Source: an uncultured SAR116 cluster alpha proteobacterium
GTDB taxonomy: Bacteria > Pseudomonadota > Alphaproteobacteria > Puniceispirillales > Marisalimonadaceae
Assembly (NCBI GenBank): GCA_902619615.1
Contig: CACNFD010000004.1
Coordinates: 51,275-115,274, forward strand
Direction: 5' to 3'
Length of the DNA stretch: 64,000 bases
This document shows, one piece after another, positions 10,150-19,845 of the stretch. Both the position numbers and the translations under genes were made by a program. The notes below the pieces were generated by a model. It ran no database searches, was not told the DNA's origin, and was given only the letters and a program-made list of their open reading frames with translations. Each line of letters begins with the position of its first letter. Position 1 is the first letter of the stretch.

Positions 10150-11079
10150 TTAATCCCAACTCACTCTTGGAGGCAAACTCATTAACACTGCTTCGGTATT
10201 CCCGCCAGTTTTTAAACCAAAAATTGTTCCTCTGTCATATAGTAAATTGAACTCCACATACCTACCTCTTTTTCTTAGTTGAAATTCTCTTTCTTTTTGA
10301 TTGAATTGTTTATTCAATCTACTTTTAATAATTTTTAAATATGAAGAAAGGAATGTGGAGCCAATATCTTGAATAAATGAGAAATCTTTTTCCCAGTCTT
10401 CATTACACAAATAATCAAGAAAAATTCCACCAACTCCCCGAGGTTCTTCTCTATGTGGCAAATAAAAATAATCATCACACCAACCTCTAAATTTAGGATA
10501 ATATAATTTATCGTATTTATCACATAAACTTTTTAAATCTTGATGGAATATTTTTGATGATTCTATGTCATTAAAGGTTGGGGTAAGATCACCTCCACCA
10601 CCAAACCAGAGTTTTTTTTTATCTCCCTGACCTGTTACTAACATCCTCGTATTCATATGTGCAGCAGGCACATGTGGGTTACACATATGTGAGACAACAG
10701 AAATACCAGATGCCCAAAACAAACCATTTTCTTCTGCACCAGGAATTTGTCCCCTGAACTCTCTGGAAAATTTACCGTGAACTGTAGATATATTTACGCC
10801 AACTTTTTCAAAAACACTACCATGCATAATTGAGATGACGCCCCCCCCACCACCATCTCTGTCCCATGACTTTTGGGTAAAAGCAGTTTTTTCTTTAATT
10901 GCTCTATCATTTTCAATTTCTTGAAAAGATTTACAGATTTTATCACGAAGTTCTTTAAACCATAGACTTGCTAATTGTTTTTTGTTCTTTAATGTTTTGA
11001 TATCATCCAAACATTTTTTTGCATTTAAAGTTTTAAGCATTTGAACTTTTACTGACATATATTTAATCTTCTTATCCAT
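10150..11079 (-). CDS. hemF: oxygen-dependent coproporphyrinogen III oxidase
   Basis: GGGGDLTP and RKRGRYVEFNLLYDRGTIFGLKTGG are present. The start could instead be ATG 11058. The gene overlaps the upstream gene's stop by 8 nt. Confidence 0.9.
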   Translation of the reverse strand: MDKKIKYMSVKVQMLKTLNAKKCLDDIKTLKNKKQLASLWFKELRDKICKSFQEIENDRAIKEKTAFTQKSWDRDGGGGGVISIMHGSVFEKVGVNISTVHGKFSREFRGQIPGAEENGLFWASGISVVSHMCNPHVPAAHMNTRMLVTGQGDKKKLWFGGGGDLTPTFNDIESSKIFHQDLKSLCDKYDKLYYPKFRGWCDDYFYLPHREEPRGVGGIFLDYLCNEDWEKDFSFIQDIGSTFLSSYLKIIKSRLNKQFNQKEREFQLRKRGRYVEFNLLYDRGTIFGLKTGGNTEAVLMSLPPRVSWD

Positions 11080-12322
11080 TTTTTAAGAAATATATTATTT
11101 CTTTTTGTGAACTTTTAAAATTGTTGTTTACCCAAAATTCTTCGGCTTTGAAAAATAATTTTTCGACTTGATCATAAGTAATTTTTTTCTTTAATTTTAA
11201 TATATCGTTTCTAACTAATGGAAATATAGGCCAGTTTGTTTCAAACAAATCAACGTTTTTTATTTTTTCAAGGGAAAAAACATGCAATAACGCAAATTTA
11301 TACCAATCAAATGGTATCCGATCTTTTTTAAATAAACCTTGTTTCTTAGACTTTATACTACACCTAAATTCCCATATTAATTTAAGAAGTTCGATCTTTT
11401 TTTCCCTAACTTCAAGTATAATCAAAAAATTATTTTTAATATTATTTTTTAAATTTATTATCTGTCTTAAAAAATTTAAAAATTTAGTTTTTCTTTTATT
11501 CAAATCAAACCTATTGATAATCATTTCTATATTACTTTCTCCATATAAATGGATCATTATTACAGAAATTAAATCTAATTTTTCATTTTTAATCAAAGTT
11601 GTTGCATTAAATTTTATAAAATCAATTATTTTGAATTCATTGAGCATAAATCCAGCATGATTGCTGAATTTATCCTTATTGTTTTTATTAATTAAAAGAT
11701 ATTGATCTACAGTTAATTTAGTCATCATTAAAAAACACTTATGACAATTCTTAACTAATAGTATTTTATCAATCTCGTCTCTAATTCTCTTGTTTGATAA
11801 ATTAATGATATTTGGCACTCTTGAAATTATTTTTTTTTCAATATTTTTGGTCATTTTGTTGTAAAAATTTCCAGAAAACCGACAAAATCTTATAATTCTT
11901 AAATAATCTTCTTCAATTTTTTTTATTGGATTGCCTATAAAGGTAAGCTTTTTTTTATTAATATCATGTTCTCCATTAAGGGGGTCAATTAAATTTCCCA
12001 GTGAATCTAAATATAAACTATTGATAGTAAAATCTCTTCTTTTCACATCTTCTTTCAAACTAAATGCATTATCTACTAATGCAGATCTTCCATAGGAAAT
12101 TAAATCTTTTCTAAAACTTGTTATGTGATACTCTTTTTCGTTGATTATTAATGAAATAGTTTTGTATTTTATATAGGTGTCATTTACTCTAATATTATTT
12201 TTTCTAATTTTTTTTGCGAATTTTTTTATATCTTTATTTATGACGAAATCAATATCAGTAACTTCTTCATTAATTATGTAATCCCTTAAAGCTCCACCAA
12301 CAACCCAAATTTTAACACCCAT
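11072..12322 (-). CDS. cca: CCA-adding enzyme / poly(A) polymerase-family tRNA nucleotidyltransferase
   Basis: N-terminal head domain VVGGALRDYII..DIDF and RRDFTINSLY. The C-terminal half is divergent. Confidence 0.7.
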   Translation of the reverse strand: MGVKIWVVGGALRDYIINEEVTDIDFVINKDIKKFAKKIRKNNIRVNDTYIKYKTISLIINEKEYHITSFRKDLISYGRSALVDNAFSLKEDVKRRDFTINSLYLDSLGNLIDPLNGEHDINKKKLTFIGNPIKKIEEDYLRIIRFCRFSGNFYNKMTKNIEKKIISRVPNIINLSNKRIRDEIDKILLVKNCHKCFLMMTKLTVDQYLLINKNNKDKFSNHAGFMLNEFKIIDFIKFNATTLIKNEKLDLISVIMIHLYGESNIEMIINRFDLNKRKTKFLNFLRQIINLKNNIKNNFLIILEVREKKIELLKLIWEFRCSIKSKKQGLFKKDRIPFDWYKFALLHVFSLEKIKNVDLFETNWPIFPLVRNDILKLKKKITYDQVEKLFFKAEEFWVNNNFKSSQKEIIYFLKNG

Positions 12323-12409
12323 ATTCTCAGCAAGATTGAAGATAACTTTAATATTTTTATCTATTTCAATAAAATTTTTAAATTTATTTTTAATTATTCG
12401 AATACCTCT

Positions 12410-12664
12410 TTACTTCGAAAAATTTCCATCTTTGACTTTCCCATCAATTAATGAGGGAGGTTGATAAGAATAACCTGGGTCATAGGAATCTATTTCTAAA
12501 TATAAAAAAGCAAATAAAATAAAAATACAAAACCCAATAACGCTAACTAATGTTGAAAAAAAAATTTGATCATTTTTTGTTAATTTATTCAAAATATATT
12601 TTGTTAAGAAAAAAAGACCTATAGAAAATACAACTGCTAAAAAAATAATTAAATATCGTCGCAT
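12410..12664 (-). CDS. small membrane protein, unknown function
   Basis: The track ORF (to 12730) overlaps the Nudix gene. ATG 12664 (MRRYLIIFLAVVF...) gives an 84-aa protein with two TM helices. Confidence 0.4.
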   Translation of the reverse strand: MRRYLIIFLAVVFSIGLFFLTKYILNKLTKNDQIFFSTLVSVIGFCIFILFAFLYLEIDSYDPGYSYQPPSLIDGKVKDGNFSK

Positions 12665-13272
12665 GGTGGAAACTCCCTCAAACCTAATCCTGCAGATATA
12701 GTTACCAAAACTCTTGCTGTTAACCCCCAAATATTCTTACCATCGAAATTTATTGTCCATGTCATAGACATACTTGAGTTGATAGGTGGTTTTTCTCTCA
12801 GATGAAACTCCGGCAATAACAGACAATCAGTTGGAGGAAAGAAAATTTGCTCTACCTCACTCAAATTTGGTTTTAATAATTTTTGCCAATTTGTTTTAGA
12901 TTTTATAATACCTAGAAATGGTGTAACTACATAACCTGTACCAGTAAAAAATTTTGGGAAATTTCCTACTATGCTGTAATGCTCCTTATAAATATTTATT
13001 TCTTCTTTCGTTTCTCTTATCGCTGTCTCTTCTAAATTTAAATCTTCATTTTCTTTTCTACCACCCGGGAAAGCAATTTGCCCTGCATGTTTTCTTAAAT
13101 TATCTTTTCTCTTGATCATTAAAATCGAACTACTTTTTTTAATTTCGTCATTAATAAATAATACCAAAACACTTGCTTTATTATAATTATAGTCTGGCCG
13201 TTCTTTATCACCGGCATTTCTTACTCTATAAATACAAGTTTCAAGATCAGTTTTGGATACGGTTTTTATCAT
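12649..13272 (-). CDS. Nudix hydrolase, CoA pyrophosphatase-like
   Basis: Nudix box GGRKENEDLNLEETAIRETKEEINI. Size and context resemble NudL-type CoA pyrophosphatases. Confidence 0.75.
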   Translation of the reverse strand: MIKTVSKTDLETCIYRVRNAGDKERPDYNYNKASVLVLFINDEIKKSSSILMIKRKDNLRKHAGQIAFPGGRKENEDLNLEETAIRETKEEINIYKEHYSIVGNFPKFFTGTGYVVTPFLGIIKSKTNWQKLLKPNLSEVEQIFFPPTDCLLLPEFHLREKPPINSSMSMTWTINFDGKNIWGLTARVLVTISAGLGLREFPPCDDI

Positions 13273-13311
13273 AGACTTAAAGTTTAAATAATTATTTTTT
13301 AAATATTAATA

Positions 13312-14265
13312 ATGTATTATTATGATTTATTAAACAATGATGAAACTTTAATGTATATTTATTTACCTATAGCAGAGCAGCCAATTCACGCATTAGTAAT
13401 TTTAGGTGTTGGCGCATTCCTTGGTCTTATAATGGGATTAGTTGGTGTGGGTGGAGGGTTTCTTCTTACCCCAATCATGATGTTTTTGGGCATACCACCA
13501 CCAGTAGCAGTTGCTTCAGTGGCCAATCAATTAGTTGCGCCTTCAGTTTCAGGTGTTTTGTCTCATTGGAAAAGAAGTAATGTTGATTTTAAAATGGGAA
13601 CCGTATTACTGCTTGGTGGTGTTGTAGGATCTTCGATAGGAGTGCTTTTATTTAATTTTTTAGGGAAAATTGGACAGTTAGACTTTGTTATTAAGTCATC
13701 CTACGTAATTTTTTTAACACTAATTGGAAGTCTAATGTTTACAGAATCACTTAGACTAGTTTTAAGAACAAGAAAAGGGAAAATCTCAAGAGGAAAACTT
13801 CATCAACATAATTGGTTACATGGATTACCTTTTAAAATTAGATTTAGGAAATCAAAATTATATATTTCAATATTATTACCTATTTTAATTGGGGTTATTG
13901 TAGGTATCCTTGCTGCTCTGATGGGGATTGGTGGTGGCTTTATTATAGTGCCAGCAATGATATATCTTTTAGGCATGCCTACATCTTTAGTTGTTGGAAC
14001 ATCTTTATTTCAAATCATTTTTGTTGCTGCAAACACCACTATTCTACAAGCATCTCAAAACCAAACTGTTGATATAGTACTGGCAACAATATTATTATTT
14101 GGTTCTGTTATAGGGGTTCAAATAGGTTCAAGGTATACAAATATCTTAAAAGGTGAATATTTAAGATTAATTTTATCTAGTATCATTATTTTAGTTAGTT
14201 TAAAACTTTTAATTGATTTGATTGCTGTTCCTTCTGATCTTTTTTCAGTGATAATAAGCAGGTAA
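13312..14265 (+). CDS. TauE/SafE (DUF81) family anion exporter-like membrane protein
   Basis: 317 aa with two repeated halves, each carrying a GVGGGF / GIGGGF motif. Confidence 0.8.
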   Translation: MYYYDLLNNDETLMYIYLPIAEQPIHALVILGVGAFLGLIMGLVGVGGGFLLTPIMMFLGIPPPVAVASVANQLVAPSVSGVLSHWKRSNVDFKMGTVLLLGGVVGSSIGVLLFNFLGKIGQLDFVIKSSYVIFLTLIGSLMFTESLRLVLRTRKGKISRGKLHQHNWLHGLPFKIRFRKSKLYISILLPILIGVIVGILAALMGIGGGFIIVPAMIYLLGMPTSLVVGTSLFQIIFVAANTTILQASQNQTVDIVLATILLFGSVIGVQIGSRYTNILKGEYLRLILSSIIILVSLKLLIDLIAVPSDLFSVIISR

Positions 14266-14271
14266 TTTAAA

Positions 14272-15021
14272 ATGAATTCTTTTTTTCATATTAAAATATT
14301 TTTTTTAATATTATTTCTAACATCAAACACTTATGCACAAAATCAGATAGTTGCGGATTTATCACAAGAAAATGTAAAAATTTCAACAGATTTTCAAGGT
14401 GCTAAGATACTTTTATTTGGTGCTTATGACGGTAAAAAGGGAGATGATATAATTGTTATTGTTACAGGACCTAGAGGATTAGTTACCGTTCAAAAGAAAG
14501 AAAAAATACTTGGTGTTTGGGTTAATACAAGAAAAGTTAATTATATTAACGCTCCAAAATATTTAAGTATTTCATCAAATAGAAAAATCGAAGAAATTCT
14601 TAATAAAAAAACTCAAAAGATATCAGAGATTGGATTAAATAATTTGAAAATAAGGATTCAACCAGGTATTAAAGTTGAAAGCGAAAAAGAATGGAGACAG
14701 GCTCTTACAAGAAACATGTTGAAATCAAACTTATGGAGTATAAATGAAAATTCAGTATATTTGAATAAAGATGCTCTTTTTAGATCATATTTGGAATTAC
14801 CTTCAAATGTAATTACTGGTCAGTTTGAAGTAAAAATTTTACATTATCGTAATAGTAAACTTGTGTCACAACAAATTAATTCAATCAATGTTTCAAAATC
14901 AGGTATTAGTGCAGAAATTTACAATATAGCTCAAAATTACTCTACATTGTACGGTATTTTTGCAGTTTTTTTGGCAGTTTTAGTTGGTTGGGGATCCAAT
15001 CTAATTTTCAGGAAAGTTTGA
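14272..15021 (+). CDS. TIGR02186 (Alph_Pro_TM)-like exported protein with C-terminal TM anchor, unknown function
   Basis: Signal peptide (LFLTSNTYAQ) and a C-terminal TM helix. It starts 6 nt after the TauE gene; the pairing is recalled as conserved in alphaproteobacteria. Confidence 0.5.
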   Translation: MNSFFHIKIFFLILFLTSNTYAQNQIVADLSQENVKISTDFQGAKILLFGAYDGKKGDDIIVIVTGPRGLVTVQKKEKILGVWVNTRKVNYINAPKYLSISSNRKIEEILNKKTQKISEIGLNNLKIRIQPGIKVESEKEWRQALTRNMLKSNLWSINENSVYLNKDALFRSYLELPSNVITGQFEVKILHYRNSKLVSQQINSINVSKSGISAEIYNIAQNYSTLYGIFAVFLAVLVGWGSNLIFRKV

Positions 15022-15031
15022 TGAGATATTA

Positions 15032-15538
15032 ATGACTAATAAAAAAATAGTTAAGAAGTCACAAGTTTCAAAAACAAGAAATAGATTATTCTTAGTTGTA
15101 GCAGATGATAGTAAGGAATTACATCAAGCCCTATATTATGCTGCAAGAAGAGCAGCGACAGCTGGCGGAGAAGTTGCATTATTTAGATGCATTGAACCTA
15201 TTGAAGGACAGCTTTGGGGTGGGGTTACGGAAATTATGGAAGCTGAAGCTGAACAAACTAGTAAAAATTTACTTCTAGAACTAAGTGAATATTGTGAAAA
15301 TTTGGGAGCTCCTAAGCCTAGAACATTTGTTAGAAAGGGCATACTTCATGAAGAACTCTTTAATTTAATAGATAAAGAAAAAGCTATAAGGGTTTTAGTG
15401 TTAGGTGTTTCAACTGAACATGGAAATCCTGGACCTTTGATCAACTATGTTATTAATAAGGGGAGCACGGAATGCAGAGTGCCTATTACTATAGTACCTG
15501 GAAATCTTACAGATGAACAAATTGATGCACTTGTTTAA
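15032..15538 (+). CDS. universal stress protein (UspA)-like protein
   Basis: 168 aa alpha/beta protein: LFLVVADDS near the N-terminus, VLVLG, and a C-terminal CRVPITIVPG typical of the Usp fold. Confidence 0.5.
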   Translation: MTNKKIVKKSQVSKTRNRLFLVVADDSKELHQALYYAARRAATAGGEVALFRCIEPIEGQLWGGVTEIMEAEAEQTSKNLLLELSEYCENLGAPKPRTFVRKGILHEELFNLIDKEKAIRVLVLGVSTEHGNPGPLINYVINKGSTECRVPITIVPGNLTDEQIDALV

Positions 15539-15597
15539 AATAACAGTTGCTTTTATATAAACTAACTTTATACGTATATTAAAATAAAAGGTAATTT

Positions 15598-16128
15598 ATG
15601 TTTAAAAAATTTTTTATAATTATTTTAGGGGTAATATGTATAACCATGGTAAAACCAGTAAAAAAAGCAACTGCAAACTCAAGTAAATTTATAACAATTG
15701 AAACATCTAAAGGCAAAGTTGTAATCGAAACCTTACCAAAAATTGCACCTAATCATGTAAAAAGAATTAAGGAATTAGTTAAGAAAGGGTTTTATGACGG
15801 AATTATTTTCCATAGGGTTATAGAAGGATTTATGGCTCAAACAGGTGATCCAGATGGAAATGGTACTGGTGGCTCAGGGAAAAATTTAAAAGCTGAATTC
15901 TCGGATTACGAATACAAATATGGAACTGTTGGAATGGCAAGATCTATGAACCCAGACAGTGGAGACAGTCAGTTCTTCATATGTTTTGACGGATGTGGTC
16001 ATTTAACAGGTCAATATACAGTTTGGGGTCAAGTTGTCTCGGGCATGGAAGCAGTTGAGAACCTAGCAGCAGGAGAGCCTCCTAGTATTCCAGATAAAAT
16101 GATATCGGTTAAACTTGGTAAAAAATAA
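15598..16128 (+). CDS. periplasmic cyclophilin-type peptidyl-prolyl cis-trans isomerase
   Basis: Signal peptide, then FHRVIEGFMAQTGDP and SQFFICF. Confidence 0.9.
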   Translation: MFKKFFIIILGVICITMVKPVKKATANSSKFITIETSKGKVVIETLPKIAPNHVKRIKELVKKGFYDGIIFHRVIEGFMAQTGDPDGNGTGGSGKNLKAEFSDYEYKYGTVGMARSMNPDSGDSQFFICFDGCGHLTGQYTVWGQVVSGMEAVENLAAGEPPSIPDKMISVKLGKK

Positions 16129-16130
16129 AA

Positions 16131-17546
16131 TTAAATTTCAACTACCCTAATTGAATTGGTTGAACCAGATATTCCAAAAGGCATACCTGCAACAACCACT
16201 ATGGTATCACCGTGTTTGGCAAAATTTTGAGTTTTTATAATTTCTCTGGCCTCTTGTATTGCTGCTTCATAACCTTGAACTTTACTTAAAAAAGGACAAG
16301 CTCCCCATAATAGTGACAGCTTTCTTTTTACATTAATTTCAGGTGTCATAACTACTAGCAATAAATTCGAACGTTCTCTGGACATTCTATAAGCTGTATT
16401 TCCAGACGCTGTAAAAGCAACTACAGCTTTTGCATTTACAGACTCAGCTAAACTAACAGCAGAACGTGATACTGCATTATAAATAAAGTTTTCTATTCTT
16501 AAATTTTGTGGTCCATCGCCTGGATTTATTTTAATATGGTTTTCAGCTGATGTTATTATTCTATCCATAATGCTTACTGTCTCAAGAGGATAAGAACCAA
16601 TAGCTGTTTCTGCAGATAGCATAACTGCATCTGCACCATCAAAAACAGCAGTAGCAACATCAGAGGCTTCCGCTCGTGTTGGCGATGGTGTTTCAATCAT
16701 AGATTCTAACATTTGTGTAGCAACAATGACTGGCTTACCCGCTTGTCTACATTTAAGAATAATTTCCTTCTGAATGCCTGGAACTTCTTCAGGTGCTAAT
16801 TCAACTCCTAAATCACCTCTTGCGACCATTATACCATCGCAGGCAGTAATTATTTCATTTAACTCTTTTAAAGCAGATGGCTTTTCTATTTTTGCAATTA
16901 CACCTGCTTTATCACCAATATATTTTTTTACTTCTTCTACATCTTTTAATTTCTGAACAAAAGAAAGGGCTATCCAATCAATTTCTTGATTTAATATAAA
17001 TTTGAGATCCTCAATATCTTTGGAGGTTAAAGGGCTTGTATTAAGCACAATATCAGGAAGGTTTAAACCTTTATTACTTTTAATAGATCCTCCTACTACA
17101 ACTTCAGTTTTTATTTCATCTTTCGATATATCTTTTACCTTAAATTGTAGCTTTCCATCATCCATAAGTATGTTCGAGCCAATTGACAAACTTTTAAAAA
17201 TTTCTTCGTGTGGTAAATTTACCCTTTTAAAATCTCCAATTTCTGGATCCTTATCAAAAATGTAATTACTACCCTTGATCACTTTTGATTCATTTTTTAC
17301 TGCTCCAATTCTAAATTTTGGTCCTTGGAGATCAGCAAGAATCGCAACATTAGAATTCATTTCTTTTTCTGCGGACCTAATGTATGTAATTCTTTTTAAG
17401 TGCTCACCTTGATTGCCATGACTAAAATTTAAACGAAAAACATTTACACCTATTTTTATAAATTTTTTTATAATTTCTGGATCATCTGTTGCAGTTCCAA
17501 TTGTTGTAACTATTTTAGTTGATCGTGGTAACTTAAAATCATTCAT
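16131..17546 (-). CDS. pyk: pyruvate kinase
   Basis: TKIVTTIGTAT, NFSHG, MVARGDLGVE and ATQMLESM are present. I prefer ATG 17546 (AAGGA 6 nt upstream) over the track start at 17567. Confidence 0.9.
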   Translation of the reverse strand: MNDFKLPRSTKIVTTIGTATDDPEIIKKFIKIGVNVFRLNFSHGNQGEHLKRITYIRSAEKEMNSNVAILADLQGPKFRIGAVKNESKVIKGSNYIFDKDPEIGDFKRVNLPHEEIFKSLSIGSNILMDDGKLQFKVKDISKDEIKTEVVVGGSIKSNKGLNLPDIVLNTSPLTSKDIEDLKFILNQEIDWIALSFVQKLKDVEEVKKYIGDKAGVIAKIEKPSALKELNEIITACDGIMVARGDLGVELAPEEVPGIQKEIILKCRQAGKPVIVATQMLESMIETPSPTRAEASDVATAVFDGADAVMLSAETAIGSYPLETVSIMDRIITSAENHIKINPGDGPQNLRIENFIYNAVSRSAVSLAESVNAKAVVAFTASGNTAYRMSRERSNLLLVVMTPEINVKRKLSLLWGACPFLSKVQGYEAAIQEAREIIKTQNFAKHGDTIVVVAGMPFGISGSTNSIRVVEI

Positions 17547-17668
17547 TATTTGTCCTTTTCTTTTCATATTTATACATTAATTTTCAAAAAAATATTAAAT
17601 TTATTTTTTAAAAAATTAAAATCGGCAAGCTATTTGCAAACTCTTTATGTAATATAGGAGAAATATAG

Positions 17669-17878
17669 ATGGCGCAGATTGTTCCCTTTCCACTTGATAA
17701 AGTAAGGAAGTCAAAAAAAGAAAATATTTTTGAGGAAAAACATATTTTGCATATGATTAAAAATATTAGACAAAATTATCCTCCATCACTTTGGAACACT
17801 GTTTATCAACTTACAAAACACGGTCATATTAATAAAAATGAAATCAATAACCCAGCAGAAATAAAACCCCAAAATTAA
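17669..17878 (+). CDS. hypothetical small protein
   Basis: 69 aa with a good SD (AGGAGA) a few nt upstream of the ATG. No family recognised. Confidence 0.35.
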   Translation: MAQIVPFPLDKVRKSKKENIFEEKHILHMIKNIRQNYPPSLWNTVYQLTKHGHINKNEINNPAEIKPQN

Positions 17879-17951
17879 ATTTTTACCAAATTTCATCCAA
17901 AAAAATAAAAGGATTTCATAATAAATAAAAATTATTTAAAGTTATCCCACA

Positions 17952-18614
17952 ATGGAAACAAACTTTAAATATCCTATTTTATATACTTTCAGAAGATGTC
18001 CTTATGCAATGAGAGCAAGATTTGCCATCAGATCATCTAAGCTAATAGTTGAAGTGAGAGAAATTAAGTTACAAGAAAAACCATCTGAATTTTTAAAATC
18101 ATCTCCAAAAGGGACTGTACCAGTTTTAATTACAAACTCAGGTGAAGTCTTAGAAGAAAGTTTTGATATAATTAACTAGGCCTTGAATAAAAATGATCCA
18201 GACAAATGGCTTGCTAAAGGAAAACTAGAAAATCAAGAGATCAAAAAAATTTTATACGATCTTGAAAATAAATTTAAACCTAATTTAGATAAATATAAAT
18301 ACTCAAGTAGATTTCCTGACATTGATCAATATTTATATAGAGACAAAAATCTAGACTTTCTAAAAAAATTAAATTCTTACCTCAAAAATAATAACTCACT
18401 TAATTGTGAATATCTTACTTTATTAGATTATGCTATATTTCCATTTATTAGACAATTTAGAAATGTTGATCAAGAGTGGTTTAACAAATTAAATTTTGGT
18501 TTTTTGAATAATTGGATAAATCAAATCATTGATAGTGAAGACTTTTCATCTATAATGAAAAAATTCAAAAAATGGGAACTAAATGATGTCCCAATTTATA
18601 CAAATTTTGAATAA
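17952..18614 (+). pseudogene. glutathione S-transferase (thioredoxin-like N-domain plus GST C-domain) interrupted by one in-frame TAG at 18177..18179
   Basis: Track ORFs 17952..18179 and 18183..18614 share one frame and are separated only by TAG-GCC. The first carries the GST N-domain (FRRCPYAMRARFAI...SPKGTVPVL) and the second the C-domain. Confidence 0.65.
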
Positions 18615-18637
18615 TGTATTTGCATAGGAGAAAATTG

Positions 18638-19840
18638 ATGTCAGAAGCATATATTTGTGAAGGAACAAGAACACCAATTGGAAAATTTGGGGGAAGTTTA
18701 TCTTCTGTTAGAACAGATGATCTTGCAGCTTTGCCTCTTATAGCAATGAAAAACAAATTAAAAAAAACTGATTGGGAAAACCTAGAAGAAGTCTTTTATG
18801 GTAATGCCAATCAGGCTGGTGAAGACAATCGTAACATTGCAAGAATGGCTCTGCTTTTAGCAGATTTTCCACATACTGTGCCTGGTATCACACTTAACAG
18901 GCTATGTGCTTCAGGTATGGAGGCTATTTCAAGCGCTTCAAGAATGATTAAATCTAATGAAGCAGATATGACTATTGCAGGAGGCGCAGAAAGCATGAGT
19001 AGAGCTCCTTTTGTTATGCCTAAAGCTAGTTCTGCGTTTTCTAGGAATGCAGAAATTTATGATACAACTATAGGTTGGAGGTTTGTGAACCCTAAAATGA
19101 AAACTAATTACGGTATAGATTCAATGCCAGAAACTGCAGAAAATGTTGCTGAAAAATATCAAATTAGCAGGGATGACCAAGATAAAATGGCTCTTTCCAG
19201 TCAAATAAAGGCCTCTGCCGCAATTCAAAATGGAAGATTGGCTAAAGAAATTACTCCCGTAGAAATCCCTCAAAGAAAAGGTGAAGTATTAATATTTGAC
19301 AAAGATGAACATCCTAGAAGCACATCAATTGAAAAACTTTCTTTACTCCCAACACCATTTCGAAATAATGGTACTGTTACTGCAGGAAATGCTAGTGGCG
19401 TTAACGATGGTGCGGCAGCAATGATTATTGCAAGTGAAGAGGGAGTTAAGCGAAATTATTTAACAGCTAGAGCAAGAATAATTTCGGCAGCTAGTTCGGG
19501 AGTTGAGCCAGCGTTTATGGGTATTGGACCTGTGCCAGCTTCTTTAAAAGCCCTTAAAATAGCTGGCATTACAATTAAAGATATTGATATTATTGAAATA
19601 AATGAAGCATTTGCTGCACAAGGTTTGGCTAGTTTAAGGTCTCTTGGTATTGAAGATGACGATGATCGAGTAAATCCTAATGGAGGAGCAATAGCACTTG
19701 GCCATCCTCTTGGTATGTCTGGAACAAGATTAGTTCTTACGGCAACTCAAGAATTAATCGAAAAAAACTTGAAATATGCATTATGTACAATGTGTGTTGG
19801 TGTTGGTCAAGGCAGTGCAGTTATAATTGAAAGAGTCTAA
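18638..19840 (+). CDS. acetyl-CoA C-acyltransferase (thiolase; 3-oxoadipyl-CoA thiolase-like)
   Basis: AGGAG precedes ATG 18638 (MSEAYICEGTRTPIGKFGG). Active-site NRLCASGMEA and C-terminal CVGVGQG are present. Confidence 0.9.
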   Translation: MSEAYICEGTRTPIGKFGGSLSSVRTDDLAALPLIAMKNKLKKTDWENLEEVFYGNANQAGEDNRNIARMALLLADFPHTVPGITLNRLCASGMEAISSASRMIKSNEADMTIAGGAESMSRAPFVMPKASSAFSRNAEIYDTTIGWRFVNPKMKTNYGIDSMPETAENVAEKYQISRDDQDKMALSSQIKASAAIQNGRLAKEITPVEIPQRKGEVLIFDKDEHPRSTSIEKLSLLPTPFRNNGTVTAGNASGVNDGAAAMIIASEEGVKRNYLTARARIISAASSGVEPAFMGIGPVPASLKALKIAGITIKDIDIIEINEAFAAQGLASLRSLGIEDDDDRVNPNGGAIALGHPLGMSGTRLVLTATQELIEKNLKYALCTMCVGVGQGSAVIIERV

Positions 19841-19845
19841 ATAAC

